DNA of 64,000 nucleotides from a virus. Location: the IMG/VR virus record IMGVR_UViG_3300043409_002481, positions 1 to 64,000 of that record. One strand, written 5' to 3'. How positions within the stretch are numbered: the stretch's first letter is position 1; each line of letters opens with the position of its first letter. This document shows, piece by piece, positions 20,549 through 30,901 of this stretch. The notes below the pieces were generated by a model, which was not told the origin of the DNA, did not search any database, and worked only from the letters and a program-made list of their open reading frames with translations. A program made the position numbers and the translations under genes.

Positions 20549-21840
20549 TGGATAATCTCACCCCAGCCCAAAAAGTACGATTACAACTTGAGAAACAAAT
20601 AACTCAAGATGCGATCGCTCGCGCGAGAAGGATTAATCGCGAATCAACTTCTATTTTGCCTACCTTCATGGGCGCTGATGGGAAAATCAAGAGGATTGGG
20701 CATGGTGAGCAAAGAACTGCGATCGCCACTAACTTGTTTTACAGCGAAGGAGAAGAAATGCGCCCTATCCCCGTTAGAGGTGGTTTGCCAATGGTGGATA
20801 ATAAACCTTTAATAGCTCCTAGCCTAGTTCCTATTCCTGTCGTATTAGCTGGTTTACCAATCAAAATACTGCTTCAAAATGGTAGTGATCTTTATATTGG
20901 AGGCGATCGCGATCCTGAGCAAATATACACAATCCCTAGTGGCAGATTTTTAAGTAATTCTTCGATAAAATCTACGGGATTAGCATCTAATGATTATGTT
21001 GTTAATTTTGTATTGAGTCCTGTTTCAGGGAATCTTTATGATTTTTGTTCTATAAAGAACGGCGTTTTTAGTAGTCGCGAAGTTGACTTGACTTGGACAT
21101 TTACTGCTGATGTCCTGAACTCTTCTGGCGATATAGTTACAGAAAGTTTTGACGGCTCTGGGCTTCAAGTCTCTACTTATTTTGATAATGATTTTTGCTT
21201 TATCGTCAACACAGTATTTTATTCGCTGGAAAATCAAGATATTGACGGGAACGTAATTGGATACAAGGATTCTCAGCTTTTTGCTAAAAGTCGATACGTT
21301 GATGTAAGAAACAATCTAAACGCCGATATAGATGAATTATCGGTGACACTAGCAGACAATGGGATAACGTCTAGCTTTGCATCACCATTAACACTACCGC
21401 TTAACCAAACTAAACGAGTTGATGGGCAAATAGTAATATTTGCACAAGATGACGGCTCTGGCGGATTTCTTCTTAGCGGTGGTACTAGCGATATTCTTTA
21501 TTCGACTGGTATAGATAATAATTCGGTGATATTTCAAAGTTATTTAAATAATACTATCCAATTATTTACGGGTGCAGCGCTAGATCTGACATCAAGCTAT
21601 CCTTCTTCGGTCATAAATCCGCCTAGTTATACTCTAAATGTTTTTGATGTTTTCCGAATCAATTTAATCGATAGCAGTAAATTCACTTTAATCAAAGAGC
21701 TAAAGCCTGACGGGACTGCTGATGTTTATGTAGCTAATTTAGGAGCGAATATTATTTATCAACCTTTACAGACAGTTGATTACACAACTTTTAACGAGAC
21801 TTACACTTTACTTTGTGCAACATCTTATACACCGCAATGA
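20548..21840 (+). CDS. Putative tail/receptor-binding protein
   Basis: Coupled to tail operon; beta-rich, AT-rich C-terminal part. Confidence 0.45.
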   Translation: MDNLTPAQKVRLQLEKQITQDAIARARRINRESTSILPTFMGADGKIKRIGHGEQRTAIATNLFYSEGEEMRPIPVRGGLPMVDNKPLIAPSLVPIPVVLAGLPIKILLQNGSDLYIGGDRDPEQIYTIPSGRFLSNSSIKSTGLASNDYVVNFVLSPVSGNLYDFCSIKNGVFSSREVDLTWTFTADVLNSSGDIVTESFDGSGLQVSTYFDNDFCFIVNTVFYSLENQDIDGNVIGYKDSQLFAKSRYVDVRNNLNADIDELSVTLADNGITSSFASPLTLPLNQTKRVDGQIVIFAQDDGSGGFLLSGGTSDILYSTGIDNNSVIFQSYLNNTIQLFTGAALDLTSSYPSSVINPPSYTLNVFDVFRINLIDSSKFTLIKELKPDGTADVYVANLGANIIYQPLQTVDYTTFNETYTLLCATSYTPQ

Positions 21841-22100
21841 GTACTTCAGAAACCATTCAAACCATTTTATCTCGCGCTTACACGCAAAGCATTGTGGCAA
21901 TGCGTATTCGTCTCACCCAAGACGATAATCAACAAACTTTTAGTGCTACTTATCTAGGAGCAAACAAAGTCCAGCTTGCTAATGGCGATATTCGACCAGC
22001 TCAAAATCAAGGCACAAAAGAGGTAGCAATAGGCGAGTCTGTGACAGTCATTTTCCCATTGCATTCTGGGATTGGGTTTTATACGAGTAAGATTTTTTGA
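21837..22100 (+). CDS. Small tail-associated protein
   Basis: ATGA overlap with previous gene. Confidence 0.5.
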   Translation: MSTSETIQTILSRAYTQSIVAMRIRLTQDDNQQTFSATYLGANKVQLANGDIRPAQNQGTKEVAIGESVTVIFPLHSGIGFYTSKIF

Positions 22101-22263
22101 ACAAAAAAGCCCATGATGCATATTCAGGATAGATATTCTTGGAGATCGCCAGCTCAGAGGCTCCAGCTACAACACCCAAAACGGTTAGCCATTGTGTAGA
22201 GTTCATTTGAAATTCCTTGAAAAAGTGTCATAATCATTCTAATACTTTCTTCCTGTTTCAATA

Positions 22264-23016
22264 ATGAAATCTTATATTGTTGTGGCTACATCACAGCCAC
22301 AATCTCAGCCTCAGCCTAATGGCTTACCCTCGCAAGGGATAGATCCTTTGTTTATCTATATAGCTGGGCTTCTAACTACTGGACTCGCAGGATTTGGGGC
22401 GTTTTTACTCAAAGCTGGCAATAGTGATGTGGTATCAAAAACTGTTGCGGCAAAAATTAATCAAAAACAAGCGGAAACCAATGCAGAGGTTGCTGAGAAG
22501 CTTACTGATATTAATATTGAGAAGCAAATAGAAGAAAGCCGTATCGATCAAGCAGTAGCACTCGCGGAAATCGCGAAAGCTGGGGTAAGCCATTCGGCTG
22601 ATACAACTAATTATTTACTCAGATTGGCTGAAGGGGCTTTAAACTCATCGGCTGCTAACGCTCAATCAACACAGGCATTATCAAGGGCTAGCGAATCGCA
22701 AGTACAAGCAACTGAAGACTTGATCAAAGCCACGACACACAACAGCGAAGCTTTAAAAGCCCTAAAAGAGGCAATAGAGGCAGTCCCAAAAGAGACAGCC
22801 TCTATACTAGAAATCCATGCAGCGGAATCAAGAATTGCTTTAGATAATATTGATCGTAGGATTGAGGAAAGCAATCAAATCAAGCATGAAGGTTACGAGC
22901 GAATCGAGAAAATTATCCACATAGCAGAAACCCGCATCATCGAACAATACACAGGTACGATCGCCCAGTTGCGGGTTGAGATAAAGGATTTAGAGAAAGT
23001 GGTTAAAGGTCAATAA
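22264..23016 (+). CDS. Membrane-anchored coiled-coil protein, possibly lysis-related
   Basis: One N-terminal TM segment (LFIYIAGLLTTGLAGFGAFLL) then coiled coil; end of late operon. Confidence 0.5.
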   Translation: MKSYIVVATSQPQSQPQPNGLPSQGIDPLFIYIAGLLTTGLAGFGAFLLKAGNSDVVSKTVAAKINQKQAETNAEVAEKLTDINIEKQIEESRIDQAVALAEIAKAGVSHSADTTNYLLRLAEGALNSSAANAQSTQALSRASESQVQATEDLIKATTHNSEALKALKEAIEAVPKETASILEIHAAESRIALDNIDRRIEESNQIKHEGYERIEKIIHIAETRIIEQYTGTIAQLRVEIKDLEKVVKGQ

Positions 23017-23038
23017 AACGCAAATACTAGGATGCTGC

Positions 23039-23746
23039 TCATAACTCAATAGATTGGCTAGGATCGAGCTTACAGATAGCATCGTAAATGACGCGCTTAA
23101 TCAGGGTTAGAGCGCCGCCCCATTTCTGGATTGGTACTGATTCCCATGCTTTCAGCATACGCATAATGCTTGTTAGCTCTGATAGGCGATCGCTTTCGGA
23201 GCGAGTGAGGTTGTCTTCTAGGATTTGAGTCTGTTGATATAGCTTTTTATATTCAATCGTGCTACCTCTCAGAGCCGCGTCTCTTCCATCGATCTGGACT
23301 TTGGCATCAGAACTAACAGTCTCTAAAGCTTCTCGCAGTCTTTCGATTTCTTTGTTCTTAGTGGTTAATTCTGCACATGCGGAATAAGCACCATCACAAA
23401 TTGCCTTCCAATTTGTGATTTGATGCCTCAACTCATCGCACTCATTTAACGCCAATTTAAGGCTGTGCTGTAACGCGATTGTGGGATCGGGAATGGGGAG
23501 AAGGAATTCAGCTAACTTATCAGCACAGTACGCAGAGAAATCAATATCACTAGCATTGCTAATATCTGTTACAAACGCACCAACAAGCCAAAATTCATCA
23601 CAATACTGCGATGCTGTAAAAAGCCCAGATTCTCCACCGCGTTCTAATGTTAATTTCACAGGAATTGATTGCCCTTCCTTCAAAATTCTGTCAGCTAATT
23701 TGTAATCTGTACTAAATTGATAATATTGGTTATTCATAATATTCAT
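23039..23746 (-). CDS. Hypothetical coiled-coil protein
   Basis: ORF track. Confidence 0.6.
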   Translation of the reverse strand: MNIMNNQYYQFSTDYKLADRILKEGQSIPVKLTLERGGESGLFTASQYCDEFWLVGAFVTDISNASDIDFSAYCADKLAEFLLPIPDPTIALQHSLKLALNECDELRHQITNWKAICDGAYSACAELTTKNKEIERLREALETVSSDAKVQIDGRDAALRGSTIEYKKLYQQTQILEDNLTRSESDRLSELTSIMRMLKAWESVPIQKWGGALTLIKRVIYDAICKLDPSQSIEL

Positions 23747-24096
23747 CCATAGTTTGTTTATACCAAGTCCTATCCAATCGCTCGACCATGCTCACCGCAT
23801 AGCAGCGGCGCAACCACGCGATCTTAATCTCTCTCAATCTGCGATCGCGGTATTCAATCTGCGAGTCCACAAATCGCGCATACCAGCGGCAAATAAAAGC
23901 GAAGACGATTAAGGAGATCGGGATTAAAAGTAAATTAGTCATAGCAGCTCCAAATAGTATCGATCGGTTTTCTTGTGGTAGTAATAATGGCTAGATTTTG
24001 GCTTTATTACTATGTTTTGCGGGTTTGGGATTTCCTGTAATTGGAGATAAAGTTTTGATGCTAGTGATCGCGTTAAGGGCGCTTCTGTCATATTTT

Positions 24097-24561
24097 TTAC
24101 GCGGCTTCAACTTGCGACAATTCAGGCAAGGGGAATAGATTTAAGTCCCCTTGCACTGGCAACGAATTATAAAAATCATCCCATTCAGCGATCGCAAAAT
24201 CGCTTAACGCTTCAATCAAATCAGAGTTGCGCTCTACGATTTGATGCGGTAATGAGGGGAAAGATATAGACATTTCACCGCAAGATTCATCATTAAACTT
24301 GAGAGAGAAATTTAACTTGCAAGGCTCTTTAAATTCATCGTAATCAAAAGAGATTTGATTAACGACAAAATCACAGGTTAGCTCTAAAGGGTAATGCCTC
24401 TCAATCAATCCATTTAGGAATTTTTCAACCTCATCAGCCAATGCATCAGAATTAAAGATAAGCCTCTCATGCGTTACCTTTTGGCTGTTGTGGTCAAGGT
24501 AAGAGATCTTAGTTATCAATTTCTCTTTGTCAAATTTAATAGCTGTTAAACGTCGTTTCAT
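24097..24561 (-). CDS. Hypothetical protein
   Basis: AAGGAG RBS; follows FtsK gene. Confidence 0.65.
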   Translation of the reverse strand: MKRRLTAIKFDKEKLITKISYLDHNSQKVTHERLIFNSDALADEVEKFLNGLIERHYPLELTCDFVVNQISFDYDEFKEPCKLNFSLKFNDESCGEMSISFPSLPHQIVERNSDLIEALSDFAIAEWDDFYNSLPVQGDLNLFPLPELSQVEAA

Positions 24562-24574
24562 GGTGTTTACTCCT

Positions 24575-26257
24575 TTAAATAATTTTCCTTGCTTCTAGTC
24601 CATTTCTTCCAGCGCTTCGAGTTTCCACATAGCCTTGCTCCTCTAAATACTGAAGATAGTTTTGTACTTCAGAGATCGGCGTTTTATTCCTTTTTAGGTC
24701 AGTGATTGACTCACGAATATGATTATCGCGCTCCCATCCCCTACCATTTAGAAAGTCAACAATTTTTAAAAATATTGGCTCTCTATCTTGCAGAAAATCA
24801 AAGTCAGAGTTATCAACAATCTCGCCAGATTTAACCGTGATTGTGTTGGATGGCTCTGCTAAATCATCAAGGGAGTAGACAGGATCGCCCTTGGTTAACT
24901 TCGCAAAGTCGCTAGGTTCGCAAAGCAAAGACTGTAAGCGATCGCCATTAAAAAATAGATCGCCACGTCCTAGCAAATCGCGTCCATCGTAAGGGACTTT
25001 ACCGAGTAAACACTCAGTATCGCCTTCTTCAAGTACCTTCAAAAGTGCTCTAGCTGGTAGATTAGAGCGAATCTTTTTATCGATCACATCAACAGCTTTT
25101 TGGGTAACGATACCCTCAGAGATTCCAGAAGCCCTAGCCATTTGACCTAATCGAATATTAATATTCATGATTTCAGCCCATTGCGCCTTACCCTCCTTAT
25201 CCTCTCCACAGGCAGATTTAAGATCGCCGTATTCGTCATTTAAGAAGAAAATACGTGGCAACTGCTCAGATTTAGAAACCCTTGCATTGTATTGATCAAT
25301 ATTTTCAACCTTATACTCTGCAAACAGCGCATAGCGCCGCATCATTTCAGCTATCAGCCATCTACCAATTAAAATTACTTCTTCAGGTGTGTGGATAATT
25401 GGGATTAGCAAATTAGCACAATCCTCAAAAGCAAAAAACGATACCCGTTTAGGATCGCAAATTACCACTAAGAACTCTTGAGGCGATCGCCCAATCAATA
25501 GCGACAATAATAAGCTCTGTAGCCATACAGACTTACCCGATCCTGTAGTTCCAGCCGCTAGGATGTGGCAAGTCTCAGGATGCGATAAATCAATAGATAC
25601 GAGTTTATTGTTAATATCAACACCGATCGCCGCTTCTACTTTTTGACTAGATTTCCAGTAGTCAGAAAATCTAGCAATTTGGCGATCGCTGCGAGGGGTA
25701 TCAATGGCGATCGCACCTTTACTGATAGAGATAATAGGCGGCGAATCAAGGGCTAACTCTAGGTGTAATTCCTTGCCAATCCCTAGCACTTTTTGCGCTG
25801 TGCAATTAGTAGGTTTTACCAATGTGCGAACAAACGATGGAGATTTTAATTCACCAGCAAAATCACACTCTAACTTTTGGTTGTATAGCGCTCTTAGAAT
25901 CGGATGCGATGGAACTGGCTTAACTTGCTCTGCTTGCATCAAAGTTACTTCACGCTTAGGCGGCGCATAGGATACCGCTAAATGATTAGATAAGCCCTCA
26001 TTAGCTCGATTAACAACACTTAGATGGTTTTCACTGGCTAAACTTTGATTAAGTCTTGAGAGCTTAAAACATGTTGCTGTAGCTGCTAATTGAGAGATAA
26101 AGATAAAGCCCTTTGCGAAATCATTGGACTGAAATGGAATAGATAGGAATAGCAAGAAAGCGATAAATGAACTCGAAAGGCTCCCATAGTGAGAATAGCG
26201 CTGAGTAATAAGTACTAGCGCTACCTGTGATACATGGAAATCTTTTGTTAAGTTCAA
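24575..26257 (-). CDS. FtsK/SpoIIIE-family DNA translocase
   Basis: HILAAGTTGSGKS Walker A, CDPKR, LPRIFFLNDEY Walker B, RLGQMARASGI, LLGRGDL; N-terminal TM segments; C-terminal winged helix. Confidence 0.92.
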   Translation of the reverse strand: MNLTKDFHVSQVALVLITQRYSHYGSLSSSFIAFLLFLSIPFQSNDFAKGFIFISQLAATATCFKLSRLNQSLASENHLSVVNRANEGLSNHLAVSYAPPKREVTLMQAEQVKPVPSHPILRALYNQKLECDFAGELKSPSFVRTLVKPTNCTAQKVLGIGKELHLELALDSPPIISISKGAIAIDTPRSDRQIARFSDYWKSSQKVEAAIGVDINNKLVSIDLSHPETCHILAAGTTGSGKSVWLQSLLLSLLIGRSPQEFLVVICDPKRVSFFAFEDCANLLIPIIHTPEEVILIGRWLIAEMMRRYALFAEYKVENIDQYNARVSKSEQLPRIFFLNDEYGDLKSACGEDKEGKAQWAEIMNINIRLGQMARASGISEGIVTQKAVDVIDKKIRSNLPARALLKVLEEGDTECLLGKVPYDGRDLLGRGDLFFNGDRLQSLLCEPSDFAKLTKGDPVYSLDDLAEPSNTITVKSGEIVDNSDFDFLQDREPIFLKIVDFLNGRGWERDNHIRESITDLKRNKTPISEVQNYLQYLEEQGYVETRSAGRNGLEARKII

Positions 26258-27122
26258 TGCCCTGCTCTCAATGCTTTTTCTAATTTGTGGTTAGCAGCTT
26301 TTAATCCTTCATCTGATACAGATCTAAGCTGCACATCGCTTTTAAATCCAGATTTATCCAGTAATTCACGATGCTTGTCTTCTAGTTGTTTGCGAGATTC
26401 CGAAACCTCTACTACTGCAACTTTAGGTTTGAGATAAGTCTCGTAAGCCCAACTACCAGCAAGCCAAGCAGCAGACAAAACACAAGAACTCATGGCGACT
26501 AAAAAGGCTGTGCCAATTGCTCTGACATGATTAAGGTTGTGTCTGTGATGAGTTGTAGCCATCTCGAATATCTCGCAATAATTGATTCTTTTTAAACGCA
26601 GATTTAGATTCCAAAATTTGCTCTGGTTGCGAGTTTAGGATGTAAGCTGCAAAGCCCAAATATCCTAAACTCGCAATAGTTAAAGCCGCTGAGACAATCT
26701 CTTTAATCTTCATGCTCTTGGCAATACTTATCTTGATATTCGTCGGAATCCCAATTTTTGGGAATGCTAATCAAAGCCCCAAAAGCTTGCAGGATTGCAT
26801 TGATAAGCCTGCTCATTTTGCCCTCTGTATTTGTGCGGATGTAGGGATAGCAACGAATGCGACAACAATTGAGACGCTTAAAATCGCGCCACAGATAACA
26901 AGCAAGGCAAGCATCACAATGATCTGATCTTTCTTTTGTAGTCGTCGGATCAGATCTTCGGTAGGAAGCGAGGCTAGATCAGGTGATGTCATCATTATTT
27001 TTCTTGCCTCTAAAAAGTAAAATTGGAATCATAATAACTCCAGCGATCGCAGCCGAGATGACGGCGAAAGGCTTGGCGATCGGATTGTGAATTGCGCCAT
27101 CTGATTCTTGGCTGCATCTCAT
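26254..27122 (-). other. Five coupled small hydrophobic ORFs: 26979..27122 (47 aa), 26813..26995, 26703..26816 (37 aa), 26531..26713, 26254..26562
   Basis: Four have a clear TM stretch, one is amphipathic; overlapping stop/start codons; two were translated by hand because they are below the track cutoff. Confidence 0.65.
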
Positions 27123-27589
27123 TATTTCAGCGCCCCTAAAGCCTTAAGCTTTGCTTCAACTTCATCCAATTCTGAGAGCTGCTCATCAGTAGCTTCAGAG
27201 CTTTTCTCTAATGCCACTAACTCATCGAATCGGGCTGTAAGTGCTTCGATTTCTGTAGGATTAGGCTCAACAGGGGAAGATGGAATGCACAAGAGCATAG
27301 GCGTATGACTCAGAGCGATCGGACTGTAGTTTTTCGACAAATTGGTAAAAAAATCAGGATCGATCTTTGGCTCTTCTAACGCACTATCGAACTCATCGCG
27401 CCATGCTTCAAATTTAATTCGTTGCACAACTGATCGGGCTTTATTGCGTTGATGGGTGTAAATCATCTCAAGACTACCTTCTAAGCCCTCAATAACGGGG
27501 ATAGAGGTACTATTTGCATCTTGAGATGGCTTATCTTGAGATGCTTGATCAGCTTTTACTTCAGCTTTGGTCTTGTATTGAGTGTTCAT
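27122..27589 (-). CDS. Hypothetical protein in the FtsK operon
   Basis: ORF track, coupled. Confidence 0.65.
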   Translation of the reverse strand: MNTQYKTKAEVKADQASQDKPSQDANSTSIPVIEGLEGSLEMIYTHQRNKARSVVQRIKFEAWRDEFDSALEEPKIDPDFFTNLSKNYSPIALSHTPMLLCIPSSPVEPNPTEIEALTARFDELVALEKSSEATDEQLSELDEVEAKLKALGALK

Positions 27590-27828
27590 AATGATCTTAA
27601 GATCCTTGCTATTTTTGTAGTATTTCTATTTCTCGAAGCGCCAAACGCTCTAGCAGCCTTGATTTGAGCGTTCTCAAGAATAATCTTTAACTCACTCTTT
27701 GTATAAGGTGGGTTGCCGACTCCTGAAAAAACTAAATCGCGCCATCTTTCAAATGTTTTTTGATTTAGTCCGTATGCCCTAATTATCTGCTGAACGCTAA
27801 GCTGTACCTCTGTTTGCGGGTGCGTCAT
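27586..27828 (-). CDS. MerR/excisionase-like HTH protein
   Basis: LSVQQIIRAYGLNQKTFERWRD...PYTKSEL. Confidence 0.6.
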   Translation of the reverse strand: MTHPQTEVQLSVQQIIRAYGLNQKTFERWRDLVFSGVGNPPYTKSELKIILENAQIKAARAFGASRNRNTTKIARILRSL

Positions 27829-27858
27829 GGCTTACGTCATGGCTTACGTCATGGCTTA
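27823..27858 (-). repeat. 12-bp tandem repeat x3 over the start codon
   Basis: TAAGCCATGACG x3 on the minus strand. Confidence 0.95.
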
Positions 27859-27923
27859 TACTACAGCGCTGTAGCAAATAACGTCAAGTGCTATATTTAT
27901 ATTTGTTTCTTAAGTGGTAATTT

Positions 27924-28166
27924 ATGGCAGGGCAACCTCGCAACATTAGGATCGATGATGATATCTATAGTGCGCTTATTCAGTGTGTAGCGGCGCGTAA
28001 TGCTAGGTTTGAAGCTGATGGCAGTAAAGAGCGAATCACTATTATTGATTTAATAAATGAGTCTTTGCGGTTACAGATGCCTATACATGTTTGGGATAAG
28101 CTAAATAATCGCGTGACCAAATTAGAGCAACAAGTAAGCAATATTGAGGAGAGATTAGACAAATAA
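27924..28166 (+). CDS. RHH-type regulator with coiled-coil tail, divergent from the FtsK operon
   Basis: PRNIRIDDDIYSAL...TIIDLINESL. Confidence 0.6.
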   Translation: MAGQPRNIRIDDDIYSALIQCVAARNARFEADGSKERITIIDLINESLRLQMPIHVWDKLNNRVTKLEQQVSNIEERLDK

Positions 28167-28596
28167 AAAAGGCGGATCGCTGTAGGGAGTGCGATCCGCC
28201 TTCACATCAAGAAAGTAACAAGTAACAAAGGTAACAATGCTCTTTTAGTATAGCTTTTAAATTTAAAAATAAAACATGCAACTACAATTAACCGAATATC
28301 AAGTACAAGAGTCTTACCCCGCTCTGCTAGCAAATACCCATGATGTGCGATCGCTGAAAGGCTGTCACAATTGCAGATTTAATAATTGGCGACTCTGCAC
28401 TAAAGTACCGTCTAGGGATAGCGCTAGTTTTTATGCTGCGAACGATTGCCATGATTGGCAAAACAAAAGTACTTAAAAGCTAATCTTGATTTTAACCATC
28501 GCGATTACTCAAAGCTTTGCGCTGTATAGAAAAAGTGCTTAAACGCTAATCGGTAAAAAGCGAATATTTGCGGATATAGCCAAATGACGGTCAAAT

Positions 28597-28639
28597 AAAA
28601 AAAAGAACTGCTCAAATAATTTGAGCAGTTCTTTTTTTT
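28597..28639. terminator. Bidirectional terminator
   Basis: A-tract GAACTGCTCAAA-TAA-TTTGAGCAGTTC T-tract. Confidence 0.85.
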
Positions 28640-29126
28640 ATATTTGCTTGAACGGTCTACCACGTTTTACCGTGCCGTCACCGCTCCTGCTTTTCCCGCA
28701 ATGCTTACAGATCCATTGCTGTATGCCTTTGCGTTTGCCGTTGCGTAGCCATTGGTGATCGCATTCTGGGAACTCAAAGAACTCAATCTTAAGACTGAGT
28801 TTTTGAACATATGGCGCAATTACGCGATCGCAATCATTAACTAATAAATCATTGCTGGCTGATGGCTCGATCCCATTACGATAGCTAACCGTAATGTGAG
28901 GTCTGGGCTTGTGGGGAATATTATCAGGCATTAACACAGAGATCGCTTGAATATCCTTATTCCAGATATTAGCGATCGCTGTTGCTTCAAACTCAGTGCC
29001 GACTAGGTGCTTATACTGAATCTTTTCCACATCATAAAACAGGGTGATGTGATGCGGACTGCCGTTTTTGAATATTGGCAGTACTACAAGGGGCGATCGT
29101 AGTACTGCCCAGAGAATACCTTTCAT
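28638..29126 (-). CDS. 2H phosphoesterase fused to an InsA-like zinc ribbon and AT-hook
   Basis: Two HxT motifs (HHITLF, PHITVS); CDH...GKRKGIQQWICKHC; KRGRP. Confidence 0.7.
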   Translation of the reverse strand: MKGILWAVLRSPLVVLPIFKNGSPHHITLFYDVEKIQYKHLVGTEFEATAIANIWNKDIQAISVLMPDNIPHKPRPHITVSYRNGIEPSASNDLLVNDCDRVIAPYVQKLSLKIEFFEFPECDHQWLRNGKRKGIQQWICKHCGKSRSGDGTVKRGRPFKQI

Positions 29127-29500
29127 TAAGCTGCTTTTGCTTTACGCGCTAGCATTTTACGGGGGGGGGTAACAACATTCTGCCATAAGCGGCAAATAGC
29201 CTCTTTTTGCCCCGTAATACGGAATAGATCGCGTCCTTCAGCGCCAAATCCAGCGGCGCTACTCCCAATTTTAAAAAGAATTTGGTATTCATTCTCCCGA
29301 TACCAATAAAGGTTTACGGACAGATGTATATTTCCCTCTAGTGAGAGGGAAAACCCATGGCTACCCCAACAATCAGCGAGACTGCTTAGGCTAGCCAACA
29401 GCGCCGCGCTGTTGATGGGACTGCCAACAGCGTTTTTTAAGTCGCGTAATATGCTGTCAGGTAGCATAAATGATTCTGCGTTGTCATAGTTATATCTCAT
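29126..29500 (-). CDS. Hypothetical accessory protein
   Basis: GGAGG RBS; TTGACA promoter near 29570. Confidence 0.65.
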   Translation of the reverse strand: MRYNYDNAESFMLPDSILRDLKNAVGSPINSAALLASLSSLADCWGSHGFSLSLEGNIHLSVNLYWYRENEYQILFKIGSSAAGFGAEGRDLFRITGQKEAICRLWQNVVTPPRKMLARKAKAA

Positions 29501-30901
29501 TTGTTTTGCGCCTCCCAGCGCTTGACTTGCTTATGTAAATTAAGTTATCAAGTATTTAACTATTTTGTCAAGCATTTAATTAAAATAGTTTTTACTCACT
29601 AACTCGTACTCGCAACGCGCCGCTAATAAAAACAAACATCGCAACGCCTGAAAGCCTTGATTCCTCGTTGCGATTTTTATTGTGTTTATATGTTTTGTTG
29701 GTTGGCGCATAGCGCCGCTACTTATTTCAAATACTCCTTGTTCATCGTTGGATATTTATCCACTGGTACATACTCGATCACGAACTCCTTCCACGGGCGC
29801 GATCGGTATCGCTCAATGGTCGGTGTTGGTGCGATCGCTAGTTCTTTCTTGGGCGCTGATTTTCTAGCCATTTTCCCTGCCAATCAATTCACAAACCAGC
29901 TCTTCATCATCACTGAAGAAAATATTGAGTCTTGTGCCATCAGTAAAATAAATAACGGTAAAGCCATCTTCACCCCGATTGGCAGATTTAATAACTTTAC
30001 CTACAAGCAATTCGTCAACAGTTGGTTTACTCATAATATAGACTCCACTTTTTTAATTAGTTCATCCAAAGGATCTCCAATGGATTTTTTGATAACTTTT
30101 CTTGCTACTTCTTCAAATAGTTCTGCACTTATCACGATCATATTGTCGTTAAGTGGTAGGTAAAATTCGATATTTAGCTCTGTGCATCGCTTGGCAAAAA
30201 GATCAAAAGTATTTTCTTCATCAGCCAGCCAAGCGTAATTAACACTTTTAGCATTGATGATCATCACTCTAGACTTCCAGTTGTAAGCACTCCCAACATC
30301 TCTACCTAATCGGCAATCAACTTCACAAGCTAAGCGATCGCCCTGCTGTATCAACTCCCATGCACGTGCATGGTCCTTACTCAGTTCATAAATCACAATC
30401 TCTACTCCTTAACAATTCTGGATAATATCTCTCAACCGCCTTACGCATCCAATCACCTAAATCTGCAAAGGGATCTACTTTTGGCTTAGGCTTAGGCGGA
30501 TCATCGCGGAGTACAACTTTGGTAATGTCAAAGCTCAGTGGTTCGTCCATACTTTTGCTCCATATCAGCTCTATAACAAAGCTCTCTCATGCGCGATCTC
30601 GTTTCTCGCTCGTGCTCAATCATGTATTCAGCAAACGGGACTTTGAGCGATCGCGATCCATAGCAGGATAGCATCTTTGGGGATTGCATCGCGATCAACT
30701 TTAGTCACGTCAAGAGCAAGAGAGTTTGTGTCGTATTGAGCGACAAATTTAGCATCTTCCCAAGAGTAGGCTTCGTAGTAATTGCGATAACCTTTTTCTC
30801 GATCTTCAACTAGAAAATACTTTGATTTCGGCATGTTATAATTCCTTTCAAGTTACTGAACAGGGTATTTATAAGCGATCGCGTGACATGCGATCGCTTA
30901 T

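Noticed and set aside
29657-30163. 168-aa plus-strand ORF
   Set aside because: Lies opposite a run of coupled minus-strand small genes; composition not protein-like
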